Shown piece by piece: positions 56,409 to 64,000 of a DNA stretch of 64,000 nucleotides; positions within the stretch are counted from its first letter, which is position 1, and every line of letters starts with the position of its first letter. The notes below the pieces were generated by a model. That model was not told where the DNA came from and ran no database searches. It was given only the letters and a program-made list of their open reading frames with translations. The stretch is from Acidimicrobiales bacterium (lineage in GTDB: Bacteria; Actinomycetota; Acidimicrobiia; Acidimicrobiales; Bog-793): the NCBI GenBank assembly GCA_035532075.1, contig DATKRV010000003.1:9083-73082 (forward strand), written 5' to 3'. Both the position numbers and the translations under genes were made by a program.

Positions 56409-57076
56409 TGCCGCACGCCGCACCTTCCACCTTCACGGGTGCCGTAGACGTCATCGCCGTGCTCGTCTTGCTGACGGAGTTCGCGATGCTGCGCGCCCCG
56501 ATGCTGCGTTCACAGGTACGCCTCTACGCGTTCCAGTCACTCGTTGTTACCGCGCTCGCAATCGTCGTCGCGGCGACCCGTCACATCGACGAGATCTATG
56601 TCCTCGCGGCGCTGTCGTTCATCTTGAAGGTCATCATCGTGCCGCGAATCGTGCTCCGTCTGCTTTCGCGCGCCGAGGTCAGTCTCGCCGGCAGCTCGGC
56701 CTTCAGCGTCGCCACGATGACATTGATCGCGATCGTGATGTCGGTCTTCGCGTTCTTCTCGGTCGGCGCACTGCACCTGCAGTCCACAGCGCTCCCATCG
56801 GCGGCTCTCGCGATCTCCGTCGCGGTGGTGCTCGTCGCGTTCGTGCTCATCATCTTGCGTTCCGACGTCGTCTCCCAGGCGATCGGATTCTTCTCGCTCG
56901 AGAACGGTGTCTCAGTCGCAAGCCTTGTCGTGGCCTCCGGGCTCCCCCTTATCGTCGATGTCGCGTTCCTGTTCGATCTCCTCGTCGCGGTCGTCGTCTT
57001 CGGCGTGTTGATGCGGATCCACCACGGCCGCACGAAAACACTGTCCACTGACTCGCTCGATCGGCTGAAGGGCTAG
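56408..57076 (+). CDS. HyfE-like (NuoK-related) membrane subunit
   Basis: The ATG overlaps the upstream TGA (TGATG). The 222-aa hydrophobic product has AIGFFSLENGVSVASL, typical of hydrogenase-4 component E. Confidence 0.78.
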   Translation: MPHAAPSTFTGAVDVIAVLVLLTEFAMLRAPMLRSQVRLYAFQSLVVTALAIVVAATRHIDEIYVLAALSFILKVIIVPRIVLRLLSRAEVSLAGSSAFSVATMTLIAIVMSVFAFFSVGALHLQSTALPSAALAISVAVVLVAFVLIILRSDVVSQAIGFFSLENGVSVASLVVASGLPLIVDVAFLFDLLVAVVVFGVLMRIHHGRTKTLSTDSLDRLKG

Positions 57077-57080
57077 CGCG

Positions 57081-58553
57081 ATGAACCACGTGCTGCTTGC
57101 CATCGTGATTGTTCCCGTCGTCACGTCGATCGCCACCTGGTGGACCCCTCCAGCGATCTCGAAGGTAGTCACGATCGGTTCGGGGATCGCACTGTTCCTC
57201 CTCGCGCTGGCCCTCATTCCGAGTGCGACCGCTCACAGCTACCTCGCTGTTGGGTCGGTGCTTCGGGTCGATGCGCTCTCAGTCGTCTTCCTGGTGCCGA
57301 CAACGTTTCTCTACGCGACGACATCGATTTTCGCGGCGGGCTACCTCCACCTTCCAGAGGGCGAGGCTGGACGGCGCTATGCGCGACGTTTTTTCGTGGG
57401 ACTTAACGTCTTCTGCTGGTCGATGGCCGTCGCACCGCTCGTGAATGGGTTGGCGCTGTTGTGGGTGATGATCGAGGTGACGACCGTCATCTCTGCGCTG
57501 TTAGTCGCGATTGACGATACCGACGGTGCGACCGAGGCGGCTTGGAAGTACGTCATCCTCGCGTCGCTCGGGCTTGGCATCGCGCTCTTCGCGACGATCA
57601 TCATGTACTACGCGGGAACCCGCTTCTTCGGTTCCTCTTACGACCCCTCCTACAACAAGCTCCTCTCGGGCGCACACGCCTTCCCGAAGGACGTCGTCCG
57701 GCTCGCGGACGTGCTCGCGGTACTTGGCTTTGGAACGAAGATGGGGCTCGTCCCGGTCCACACGTGGCTACCCGATGCACATTCCGAGGCGCCGACACCG
57801 ATCTCAGCACTGCTATCGGGGGCGCTGCTCGCGACAAGCTTTTATGCCATCCTTCGTTTCTTCCAGGTGAGTGTGCGTTGCCTCGGGCCGGCCTTTCCGA
57901 GGAACGTGCTGTTGATCTTCGGACTCGCTTCACTCGTTCTAGCTGCGTTTTACCTGCTCAGCCAACGCGACCTGAAGCGATTGCTTGCCTATTCGAGCGT
58001 CGAGCACATGGGGATCCTCGCGATCGGGATGAGCTTTTCCGCTCCGCTTGCGATCGTCGGCGTGCTGCTGCACGTCATCGCGCACGGCGCGGCGAAGGGC
58101 ACGGCGTTCTTCGGGGCGGGCTCGGTCGCCCGCAAGTTCAAGTCGAAGGACATGGCTCGAATACGCGGCGGTGTGGGACTGTTGCCCTGGAGCGGCCCAA
58201 TGCTCGTCCTCGCGGTGCTCGCCCTCTCCGCGATGCCGCCGTTTGGGATCTTCCGGAGCGAATTCCTCATCGTCGCCGGCGGGCTCTCGGATCCACGCGA
58301 TGCCATCGCCGCAGTGCTCGTCGTGTTCGTCACCGTTGCGTTTTTTGGCCTGTCGTGGTTCACGACGAAGACGATGCTCTCTCCCGTGCCCGAGCGGGAG
58401 AGGCTGCGACTCGGACGCGGCGAGACGAGCTGGCTCATCGTCGTCGCGATGGCGGTCGGACTCGTCGGACTCGTCATTCTCGGCGTTCACGTGCCCGGAC
58501 AGCTGAACGAACTCCTCCAGCACGCCGCGAGCCAGCTCGAGGTGGCGCGATGA
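57081..58553 (+). CDS. NuoN/NuoM/HyfF-like antiporter-type subunit
   Basis: The 490-aa product contains GLVPVHTWLPDAHSEAPTPISALLSGALL and LAYSSVEHMG. Confidence 0.85.
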   Translation: MNHVLLAIVIVPVVTSIATWWTPPAISKVVTIGSGIALFLLALALIPSATAHSYLAVGSVLRVDALSVVFLVPTTFLYATTSIFAAGYLHLPEGEAGRRYARRFFVGLNVFCWSMAVAPLVNGLALLWVMIEVTTVISALLVAIDDTDGATEAAWKYVILASLGLGIALFATIIMYYAGTRFFGSSYDPSYNKLLSGAHAFPKDVVRLADVLAVLGFGTKMGLVPVHTWLPDAHSEAPTPISALLSGALLATSFYAILRFFQVSVRCLGPAFPRNVLLIFGLASLVLAAFYLLSQRDLKRLLAYSSVEHMGILAIGMSFSAPLAIVGVLLHVIAHGAAKGTAFFGAGSVARKFKSKDMARIRGGVGLLPWSGPMLVLAVLALSAMPPFGIFRSEFLIVAGGLSDPRDAIAAVLVVFVTVAFFGLSWFTTKTMLSPVPERERLRLGRGETSWLIVVAMAVGLVGLVILGVHVPGQLNELLQHAASQLEVAR

Positions 58554-60052
58554 CTATGGATGGGGCCGCGGTCGAGGTGAGGCCCGAGCTGTTCGCGACC
58601 GAGGTGGCAGGCATACTGGGCAGCACACACCGACTCGCCGCGCTGTTCGCGATGCCACAGGCGCGTTGCGTCCGTCTCGTTGCCGTCCTCGCCGGACAGG
58701 GGCGGCTTATGGTGATTGCGGCAACACTTGCCGAGGGGACGACCTCGTATCCGTCGGTCACCGCGCTCGTGCCCGGTGCCGACTGGTATGAACGGGAGAT
58801 CCACGATCTCTATGGGATCGAGGCGATCGGCCATCCGGACCTCGATCCGCTCGTTCTCCCTCTCTCACCCGGCTCGATCCGGCCGCGACCGGGATCGGGT
58901 GACCAGGTCGATCGACTCGTGCCCGACAGTGCACCGCTGCCAGCACTTGTGAGCGGCGAGGGCATGTTCACGATTTCCTATGGACCCGTGAGGTCGGGGG
59001 TCTTCGAGGCGATCGAGTACGTCATCGAGACTCCGGGGGAGGACTTCCCCCGTATCCAGACGCGTCCGCACTACAAGCACCGCGGGGTCGAGTTCGGCTT
59101 TGTCGGCCGAAGCGTCGAGGATGGTGTCTTGCTCGCCGAGAGGGTCGAGGGCGTCGCGACGATCGCGCATGCCACCGCGTATTGCGAGGCGATCGAACGC
59201 ATCTCGGGAGCCGAACCTCCACCCGCTGGTCAATTCGTCCGGGTTCTCCACGCGGAACTCGAGCGCATCGCCAATCACCTCGATTCGACGATCCGCCACA
59301 CGGAGGCGGCTGGGCAGGCAGTCGCCTTCGCGCGGCTCACGCTCCACAAGGAGCGCCTCATGCGACTCCGGGCAAAGCTGTGCGGCAATCGTTTCGGTCG
59401 TTGCGTCGTCGTTCCCGGCGGCGTCTGCGGAGCACCGTTGATCGAAGGGGTCGAGATCCTCGCCTCGGTCGACCACCTCGAGCGAGATATCCGTGCCGAT
59501 CTGAAGCTGTTGATGGCAACGCCGTCATTCCTCGACCGTTTGCGCGACACCGGGATACTGCCACCTTCGATCCTCGCGGTTCGCGGGGCCCTCGGTCCGC
59601 TCGCGCGTGGCTCTGGCATCGAAGAGGACGTGCGACGCTCACGACCCTACGGCGGTTACCGGAATCTCGGCTTTAGCTCGGCAAGCGGCGTGGAGGGTGA
59701 CGCGCTTGCCCGCCAACTCGTCCGCAATGACGAGATCTGGGGGAGTTTCCACCTCATTCGCCAGGCACTTGACGAGCTGGACCACCTGGCAGGGGTCGCG
59801 TGGTCTGCTCCCATGAGGACAGTGGCAACGGGGACATTGAGCGGAGAGGCGTTCGGGTGGGCGGAGGCGCCGCAGGGGGAGGTTCTCTATCTTGTACGCG
59901 TCGAGGACGGAGTGCTCACCCGGGTGAAACAACGTTCCGCCTCGTTTCACAACCTGGCGCTGTTCACCGCGGCCTTCCCGAAGGACATCACCACCGACTT
60001 TGCCTTCATCGAAGCGAGCTTCGGACTTTCGATTGCGGGAGCGGCCGGCTGA
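58550..60052 (+). CDS. NuoC-NuoD / HycE / HyfG-like large subunit lacking the [NiFe] cysteine ligands
   Basis: The start has an ATGA overlap with the upstream gene. The NuoC-like part reads ADWYEREIHDLYGI. The NuoD/large-subunit part reads ISYGPVRSGVFEAIEYVIETPGEDFPRIQTRPHYKHRGVE. The L1 position reads RVEGVATIAH and the C-terminus reads FIEASFGLSIAGAAG. Confidence 0.85.
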   Translation: MTMDGAAVEVRPELFATEVAGILGSTHRLAALFAMPQARCVRLVAVLAGQGRLMVIAATLAEGTTSYPSVTALVPGADWYEREIHDLYGIEAIGHPDLDPLVLPLSPGSIRPRPGSGDQVDRLVPDSAPLPALVSGEGMFTISYGPVRSGVFEAIEYVIETPGEDFPRIQTRPHYKHRGVEFGFVGRSVEDGVLLAERVEGVATIAHATAYCEAIERISGAEPPPAGQFVRVLHAELERIANHLDSTIRHTEAAGQAVAFARLTLHKERLMRLRAKLCGNRFGRCVVVPGGVCGAPLIEGVEILASVDHLERDIRADLKLLMATPSFLDRLRDTGILPPSILAVRGALGPLARGSGIEEDVRRSRPYGGYRNLGFSSASGVEGDALARQLVRNDEIWGSFHLIRQALDELDHLAGVAWSAPMRTVATGTLSGEAFGWAEAPQGEVLYLVRVEDGVLTRVKQRSASFHNLALFTAAFPKDITTDFAFIEASFGLSIAGAAG

Positions 60053-60870
60053 TGCCGTGGATGACGCGGGGTATCCGCGAGGGAATCGTCACGAGCCGAT
60101 ATCCACATCGGCCAGACGGATACGGACCGCTCTTTCGAGCCACCGTGTCGGTGTCTGGCGGCGAAGACGTCGCGCGGCTCGACGCACCTGAGGCAGTAGC
60201 CGTCGCGCAGCTGTGCCCGACCGGCGCAATCAAAACAGAGGGAGGGATCCGGGTGGACCGCGGCCTTTGCGTCGCCTGCGGTCGTTGTGTCGCGGCTCGA
60301 CCGGAGATGTTTTCCTTTGATGCCGATTTCGAGGTTGCCGCACTCCGTCGGGATCTGCTTGTCGTCTCGCGTCACGAGGAGGGGCAAAACGATCTCGCTG
60401 AACTGCGCGAGGGACTCGCGAGACGCGTCCGCGCGCTTCGCCGTTCGATCCATATCCGACACATCGACTGCGGTTCCGATGGATCTGAGGAGTGGGAGAT
60501 CGCGGCGCTCACCAATCCCTTCTACGACGTGCAGCGCCTTGGGATCTTCTTCACCGCGAGCCCTCGTCATGCTGATCTCCTTCTCGTCACGGGGGCCGGA
60601 GCGACCGGGATGCTCGGCGCACTCCATCGCACCTTTGACGCGATGCCGACGCCGAAACTGATCATCGCCATCGGGAGCGAGACGGCGAGCGGCGGTCTGC
60701 TTGCGCGGAGCTACGCCACGCGAGGTGGTATTGCCGATGATATCTCCGTCGATGTCTTCGTTCCGGGTTCGCCGCCGAGTCCCTTCGCGATTTTGCACGG
60801 AATTTTGCTCGCGATCGGTCTTATGCCCGTCCGTGGCAGCGATGCGACCCAAGCTGAGAGGTCATCGTGA
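60052..60870 (+). CDS. fusion of a NuoI/HyfH-like ferredoxin domain and a NuoB/HycG/HyfI-like small-subunit domain, most Fe-S ligands missing
   Basis: The start has a TGATG overlap with the upstream gene. The N-domain reads ...QLCPTGAI...CVACGRCVAARPE. The C-domain reads IDCGSDGSEEWEIAALTNPFYDVQRLGIFFTASPRHADLLLVTG...IAIGSETASGG...VFVPGSPPSP. Confidence 0.8.
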   Translation: MPWMTRGIREGIVTSRYPHRPDGYGPLFRATVSVSGGEDVARLDAPEAVAVAQLCPTGAIKTEGGIRVDRGLCVACGRCVAARPEMFSFDADFEVAALRRDLLVVSRHEEGQNDLAELREGLARRVRALRRSIHIRHIDCGSDGSEEWEIAALTNPFYDVQRLGIFFTASPRHADLLLVTGAGATGMLGALHRTFDAMPTPKLIIAIGSETASGGLLARSYATRGGIADDISVDVFVPGSPPSPFAILHGILLAIGLMPVRGSDATQAERSS

Positions 60871-62891
60871 ACGCGGCGCTCCTCGTCGCGGCTTTTGGCT
60901 GTTTTTGCGCGGGTGCGCTCGCGGACATCGTCCTTGTGAGTGCCAATCGCGCCCTTCGTCCGCTGCCGTACGGACTCGCGTTCGTCGGATCGGGACTGTG
61001 TCTTGCGGTTGGCATTCACGTCATCGCGGATGGAGCGCAGATGTACTCGCTCGGATCCCTGCTCGGCATTGGGACGACGACGGTCCGCCTCGACGATCTG
61101 GCGGGACTGTTCCTCACCCTGTTATTCGCGATCGGGGTCGCGGTGTCGGCATGTTCGATTACTTGGATCCGACGGGAAGAGAGTCCGCGTCGGCGTGGTC
61201 TCGGGGCGGCTTATTGCACGCTGCTTGCTTCGGTCGCGGCGATCCTTCTCGCCGCGGACGCGTTCACGTTCCTGTTTTCCTGGGAGATGCTCACCCTCTC
61301 GTTCTACGTGCTTGCCGGAGTGAACCGGGCCAACCGGCGCGAGGCACACGCGGCATGGCTGACGCTCGTCACCGGCAAGGTGAGCGGCGCGTGCCTCCTC
61401 TTTGGCTTTCTGCTCCTCGTCGGTCGAAGTGGGAGCTTTCTGCTCAGCGCCTGGCACGGTGTGGCGCCCGGGACGGTGCATGACATCGCCTACGCGCTGA
61501 TCGTCGTTGGCTTATCGACCAAGCTCGGCGTTGTGCCGTTGCAGGCGTGGATGCCGGTCGGCTACTCGGCAGCGCCTGGACCGACACGTGCCGCGATGGC
61601 GGGCATCGCGGCGAACGTCGGCGTCTATGGCCTGTGGCGCATCCTGTCGATCCTTGGACGCCCTCCGGTCTGGCTCGCCATCGCCGTGCTGTTGACCGGT
61701 GGCATCACCGCGCTGTTGGGCATTGCGTTCGCGGGAGTGCAACAGCGCCTATCGCGCGTTATCGCCTACTCGAGCATCGAGAACGCCGGCATCATCATTA
61801 CCGCCTTCGGTGTCGCGCTCGCCGGCGCGGTCACTTCGAACGCGACGCTCGAGGCGGCGGGACTGCTCGCGGCGAGTCTCCACGCTGTCGCGCACGCGAT
61901 CTCGAAGTCCGTGCTGTTTGCCGCTTCGGCGAACGTCGCGCAGGCGGTCGGGAGCGACGATCTTGAACGACTTCGCGGGATCGGGCGCTCCCTTCCCCTA
62001 TCGGGATGGACCTTTGGCGCGGGTGCATTGACGCTCGCCGGTCTGCCCCCGACGGTCGGATTCGTCTCCGAGTGGTTCGTCCTCGAAGCCCTGATGCAAC
62101 AGTTTCGCCTGCCGGGCCTCGCACTTCGTCTCGCGATGGCTGGTGCAGGCGCGCTCATCGCACTCACCTCCGGACTCGCGGCACTCGCCTTTGTGCGGAT
62201 CCTTGGCCTCGTCTTTCTTGGACCTCCGATGCCCGAGGTCGACCGTCGTTCGGAGAGAGGATTCTTCGGTCGTGCTGGCCTCGTCTCCCTCGGCACGAGC
62301 TGTTTCGCGCTCGCCGCGATCTCCCCACTTGAGATCCGTTTCCTTGCTCGCGGACTATCGCCAGTGGTCTCAAAGACTCTGGTCGAGCATGCACTCAAGT
62401 CGCCGTGGGTTCTCCAGCCGACCTATGCCGGATTCTCGATCCTTTCGCCCTCATGGCTCTCCGTCGTGATGCCAATCCTCTTCGCAGTGGTAACGGTCGC
62501 GGCCGTCGCGGTCTCTCGCGGACGCTATTTCAAGATTCGTCGTGCCCCGGCCTGGCACTCTGCGACCTCTGGAGTGCACGGTCCGTCGAACTACACCGCG
62601 TTCGGTTTCGCGAATCCGCTCCGTCATGTGCTCGCGAACATTCTTGGCACGCGGCGAGAGGCGATACTCCTCGAAACCGTTGCGGACAATACGAGAGGTC
62701 GGGGACGCGTCGAGTACACGACGAGCATCGTCGAGCCAGTCGAGGCCTACCTCTATCGACCGATCCGGATCGGAGCGCTGGCACTCGCGCGGCTTGTAAA
62801 ATCTCTCCAGTCTGGACGTCTCGAAGCATACGTTGCCTACATGCTCTTCGCGCTTGTAGTCGCGCTCGCGGTCACCGCGGGACTTCGATGA
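60867..62891 (+). CDS. NuoL/HyfB-like antiporter-type subunit
   Basis: The start has a GTGA overlap with the upstream gene. The 674-aa product contains FLFSWEMLTLSFYVL and VPLQAWMPVGYSAAPGPTRAAMAGI. Confidence 0.85.
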   Translation: MNAALLVAAFGCFCAGALADIVLVSANRALRPLPYGLAFVGSGLCLAVGIHVIADGAQMYSLGSLLGIGTTTVRLDDLAGLFLTLLFAIGVAVSACSITWIRREESPRRRGLGAAYCTLLASVAAILLAADAFTFLFSWEMLTLSFYVLAGVNRANRREAHAAWLTLVTGKVSGACLLFGFLLLVGRSGSFLLSAWHGVAPGTVHDIAYALIVVGLSTKLGVVPLQAWMPVGYSAAPGPTRAAMAGIAANVGVYGLWRILSILGRPPVWLAIAVLLTGGITALLGIAFAGVQQRLSRVIAYSSIENAGIIITAFGVALAGAVTSNATLEAAGLLAASLHAVAHAISKSVLFAASANVAQAVGSDDLERLRGIGRSLPLSGWTFGAGALTLAGLPPTVGFVSEWFVLEALMQQFRLPGLALRLAMAGAGALIALTSGLAALAFVRILGLVFLGPPMPEVDRRSERGFFGRAGLVSLGTSCFALAAISPLEIRFLARGLSPVVSKTLVEHALKSPWVLQPTYAGFSILSPSWLSVVMPILFAVVTVAAVAVSRGRYFKIRRAPAWHSATSGVHGPSNYTAFGFANPLRHVLANILGTRREAILLETVADNTRGRGRVEYTTSIVEPVEAYLYRPIRIGALALARLVKSLQSGRLEAYVAYMLFALVVALAVTAGLR

Positions 62892-62907
62892 GGGAGGGAG
62901 GTCCGAC

Positions 62908-63378
62908 ATGACGACGAGACACGATCTGCTGCTCGGAGGTCGATTGCGGCGCCTCCTCGTCTGTTTCGGCGGGTTGCCAGAATCCATGAAGGCGATCGAG
63001 CTCTTGCTCGATCTCGGCAAGGCGCTCGGTGCCCAACTGACGATCTTCAGTGTCCTCGCCGGAGCTGCACACCTTGAGTCCACTGAAGTGCAACATGCCG
63101 CAGAGCACACCGCGCGTGAACATCTCGGTGCGCAGCTCACCGGTATTCTGCGCTGCGCCGCGGACTCCGGTGTGCAATTTCGCGAAGTGAATGTCATCGG
63201 TGGCGATCCTGGCGAGGAGATCACTCGGTACGCGACCGAGCATGGATTCGACCTTGTGGTCATCGGAAGTCACGGGCAATATCGCGTCGCCCACGGCGGT
63301 CTCGGTCGAGTCGTCGAGCGGCTGCTGCGACGTTCGAAGTGCCCGGTGCTCGTCGCTCCCGCTCGCGCGGACCGCTAG
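62908..63378 (+). CDS. universal stress protein (UspA family)
   Basis: Contains HGFDLVVIGSHGQYRVAHGGLGRVVERLLRRSKCPVLVAP. Confidence 0.8.
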   Translation: MTTRHDLLLGGRLRRLLVCFGGLPESMKAIELLLDLGKALGAQLTIFSVLAGAAHLESTEVQHAAEHTAREHLGAQLTGILRCAADSGVQFREVNVIGGDPGEEITRYATEHGFDLVVIGSHGQYRVAHGGLGRVVERLLRRSKCPVLVAPARADR

Positions 63379-63387
63379 GCAGGCGGA

Positions 63388-64000
63388 ATGCTCATCGTTG
63401 TCGATGGAGCATGCGATCTCCCGCCGGCTCTGCGTGATTGTGAGGAGGTCGTCGTCGTACCGTTTCACGTCCTTCTCGCGGGTTCGCCGTTCGTCGGCAA
63501 AGACGACGAATTCGACGCGCTGCTCTGCTCAGGTGCCAAGCTGAGCAGTGCGCCGCCAGGTGACGAATTGTTCACCGCTGCTTTTGGTGACCATCGGGAC
63601 ATCCTTGTCGTGACCGCCTCGACCTATTTGAGCGCTGCGGTAGAAGCTGCAACCTTCAGTGCGAGACGCGCTTTGGCGGATGTGCGTATCGTTGATTCGC
63701 GTACCTTTAGCGCCGGAAGCGGTCTCGTGGTCAACGCGCTTCGCGAAGCGATCGCCGATGGGATCGCGGTCTCCGAACTTGGCAAGCTCTGCGGGCAGAT
63801 CGTCGAGGCGACCCACACCTACGCGATCGTGGATCGACCGCAGGTGCTTGTTGGACACGGGCTACTTGGAAAGGTGAGGCTGAGTCATCTCTTTTGCCAT
63901 CCGGTGCTTGGAATCCGGGACCGAGCCCGTCTCTTGCGTCAGACGCGGTCTCGCAAACGGGCAATTGCCTGGCTGATCCACCACTTGCGCGAAACCCTCG
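63388..64000 (+). CDS. DegV-family (fatty-acid-binding) protein, partial (runs off the window end)
   Basis: The ATG at 63388 gives MLIVVDGACDLPPAL...VVVPFHVLLAGSPFVGKDD...SSAPPGDELFTAAF...DILVVTASTYLSAAVEAA...VRIVDSRTFSAGSGLVVNALREAIADG. The frame stays open to 64000. Confidence 0.65.
   Translation, partial: MLIVVDGACDLPPALRDCEEVVVVPFHVLLAGSPFVGKDDEFDALLCSGAKLSSAPPGDELFTAAFGDHRDILVVTASTYLSAAVEAATFSARRALADVRIVDSRTFSAGSGLVVNALREAIADGIAVSELGKLCGQIVEATHTYAIVDRPQVLVGHGLLGKVRLSHLFCHPVLGIRDRARLLRQTRSRKRAIAWLIHHLRETL

Noticed and set aside
57542-58549. A 336-codon N-terminal extension of the large-subunit ORF (the track gives 836 aa)
   Set aside because: The extension overlaps the HyfF-like gene out of frame and is Arg/Pro-rich. 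The homologous sequence starts at ATG 58550, which overlaps the upstream stop (ATGA).
59947-60852. A 301-aa ORF antisense to the NuoI-NuoB fusion gene
   Set aside because: It is a shadow ORF opposite a gene with a conserved NuoB framework, and its sequence is Arg-rich and low-complexity.

Overview
This is a high-GC chromosomal window that looks actinobacterial from gene content and order, which is an inference. It has five parts.

(1) 1..17.4 kb is a variable cell-surface-glycan island. It holds glycosyltransferases and SAM-methyltransferases mixed with decayed IS21, IS3-like and ISL3-like elements. It also has one decayed and one intact type II toxin-antitoxin pair and a 1.6 kb gene-poor, lower-GC patch. 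The island ends at the 3' end of a tRNA-Glu/tRNA-Gln pair.

(2) 17.9..35 kb is a housekeeping block: gltX, GH18, rpsT, lepA, CIRCE-hrcA-dnaJ-rsmE-hemW, a TMEM175-like channel, HIT, FAH, glnII, an NlpC/P60 endopeptidase and fumC.

(3) 35..50 kb is a second glycan cluster. It encodes what looks like a complete GDP-D-glycero-alpha-D-manno-heptose route (gmhA, hddA-like, gmhB, hddC-like plus a transaldolase-family gene). It also has GT4/GT2 enzymes, each followed by an overlapping small coiled-coil ORF, an epimerase and an RmlC-like cupin.

(4) 50.4..54.6 kb is a suf operon: sufB, a Cys4 ORF, sufD, a Rieske gene and sufC. No sufS/sufU follows it.

(5) 55.4..62.9 kb is the most interesting locus. 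It is a six-gene, translationally coupled module resembling a group-4 [NiFe]-hydrogenase or complex I. By manual alignment, the large subunit has lost all four NiFe-ligand cysteines. The small-subunit domain has lost all four proximal [4Fe-4S] cysteines. The fused ferredoxin domain keeps ligands for only one cluster. This makes it an 'Ehr-like', apparently redox-dead ion-translocating module of unknown function. A universal stress protein gene and a partial DegV gene follow it.

No CRISPR array or rRNA was seen. All product calls come from motif recognition by eye, and no database search was run.
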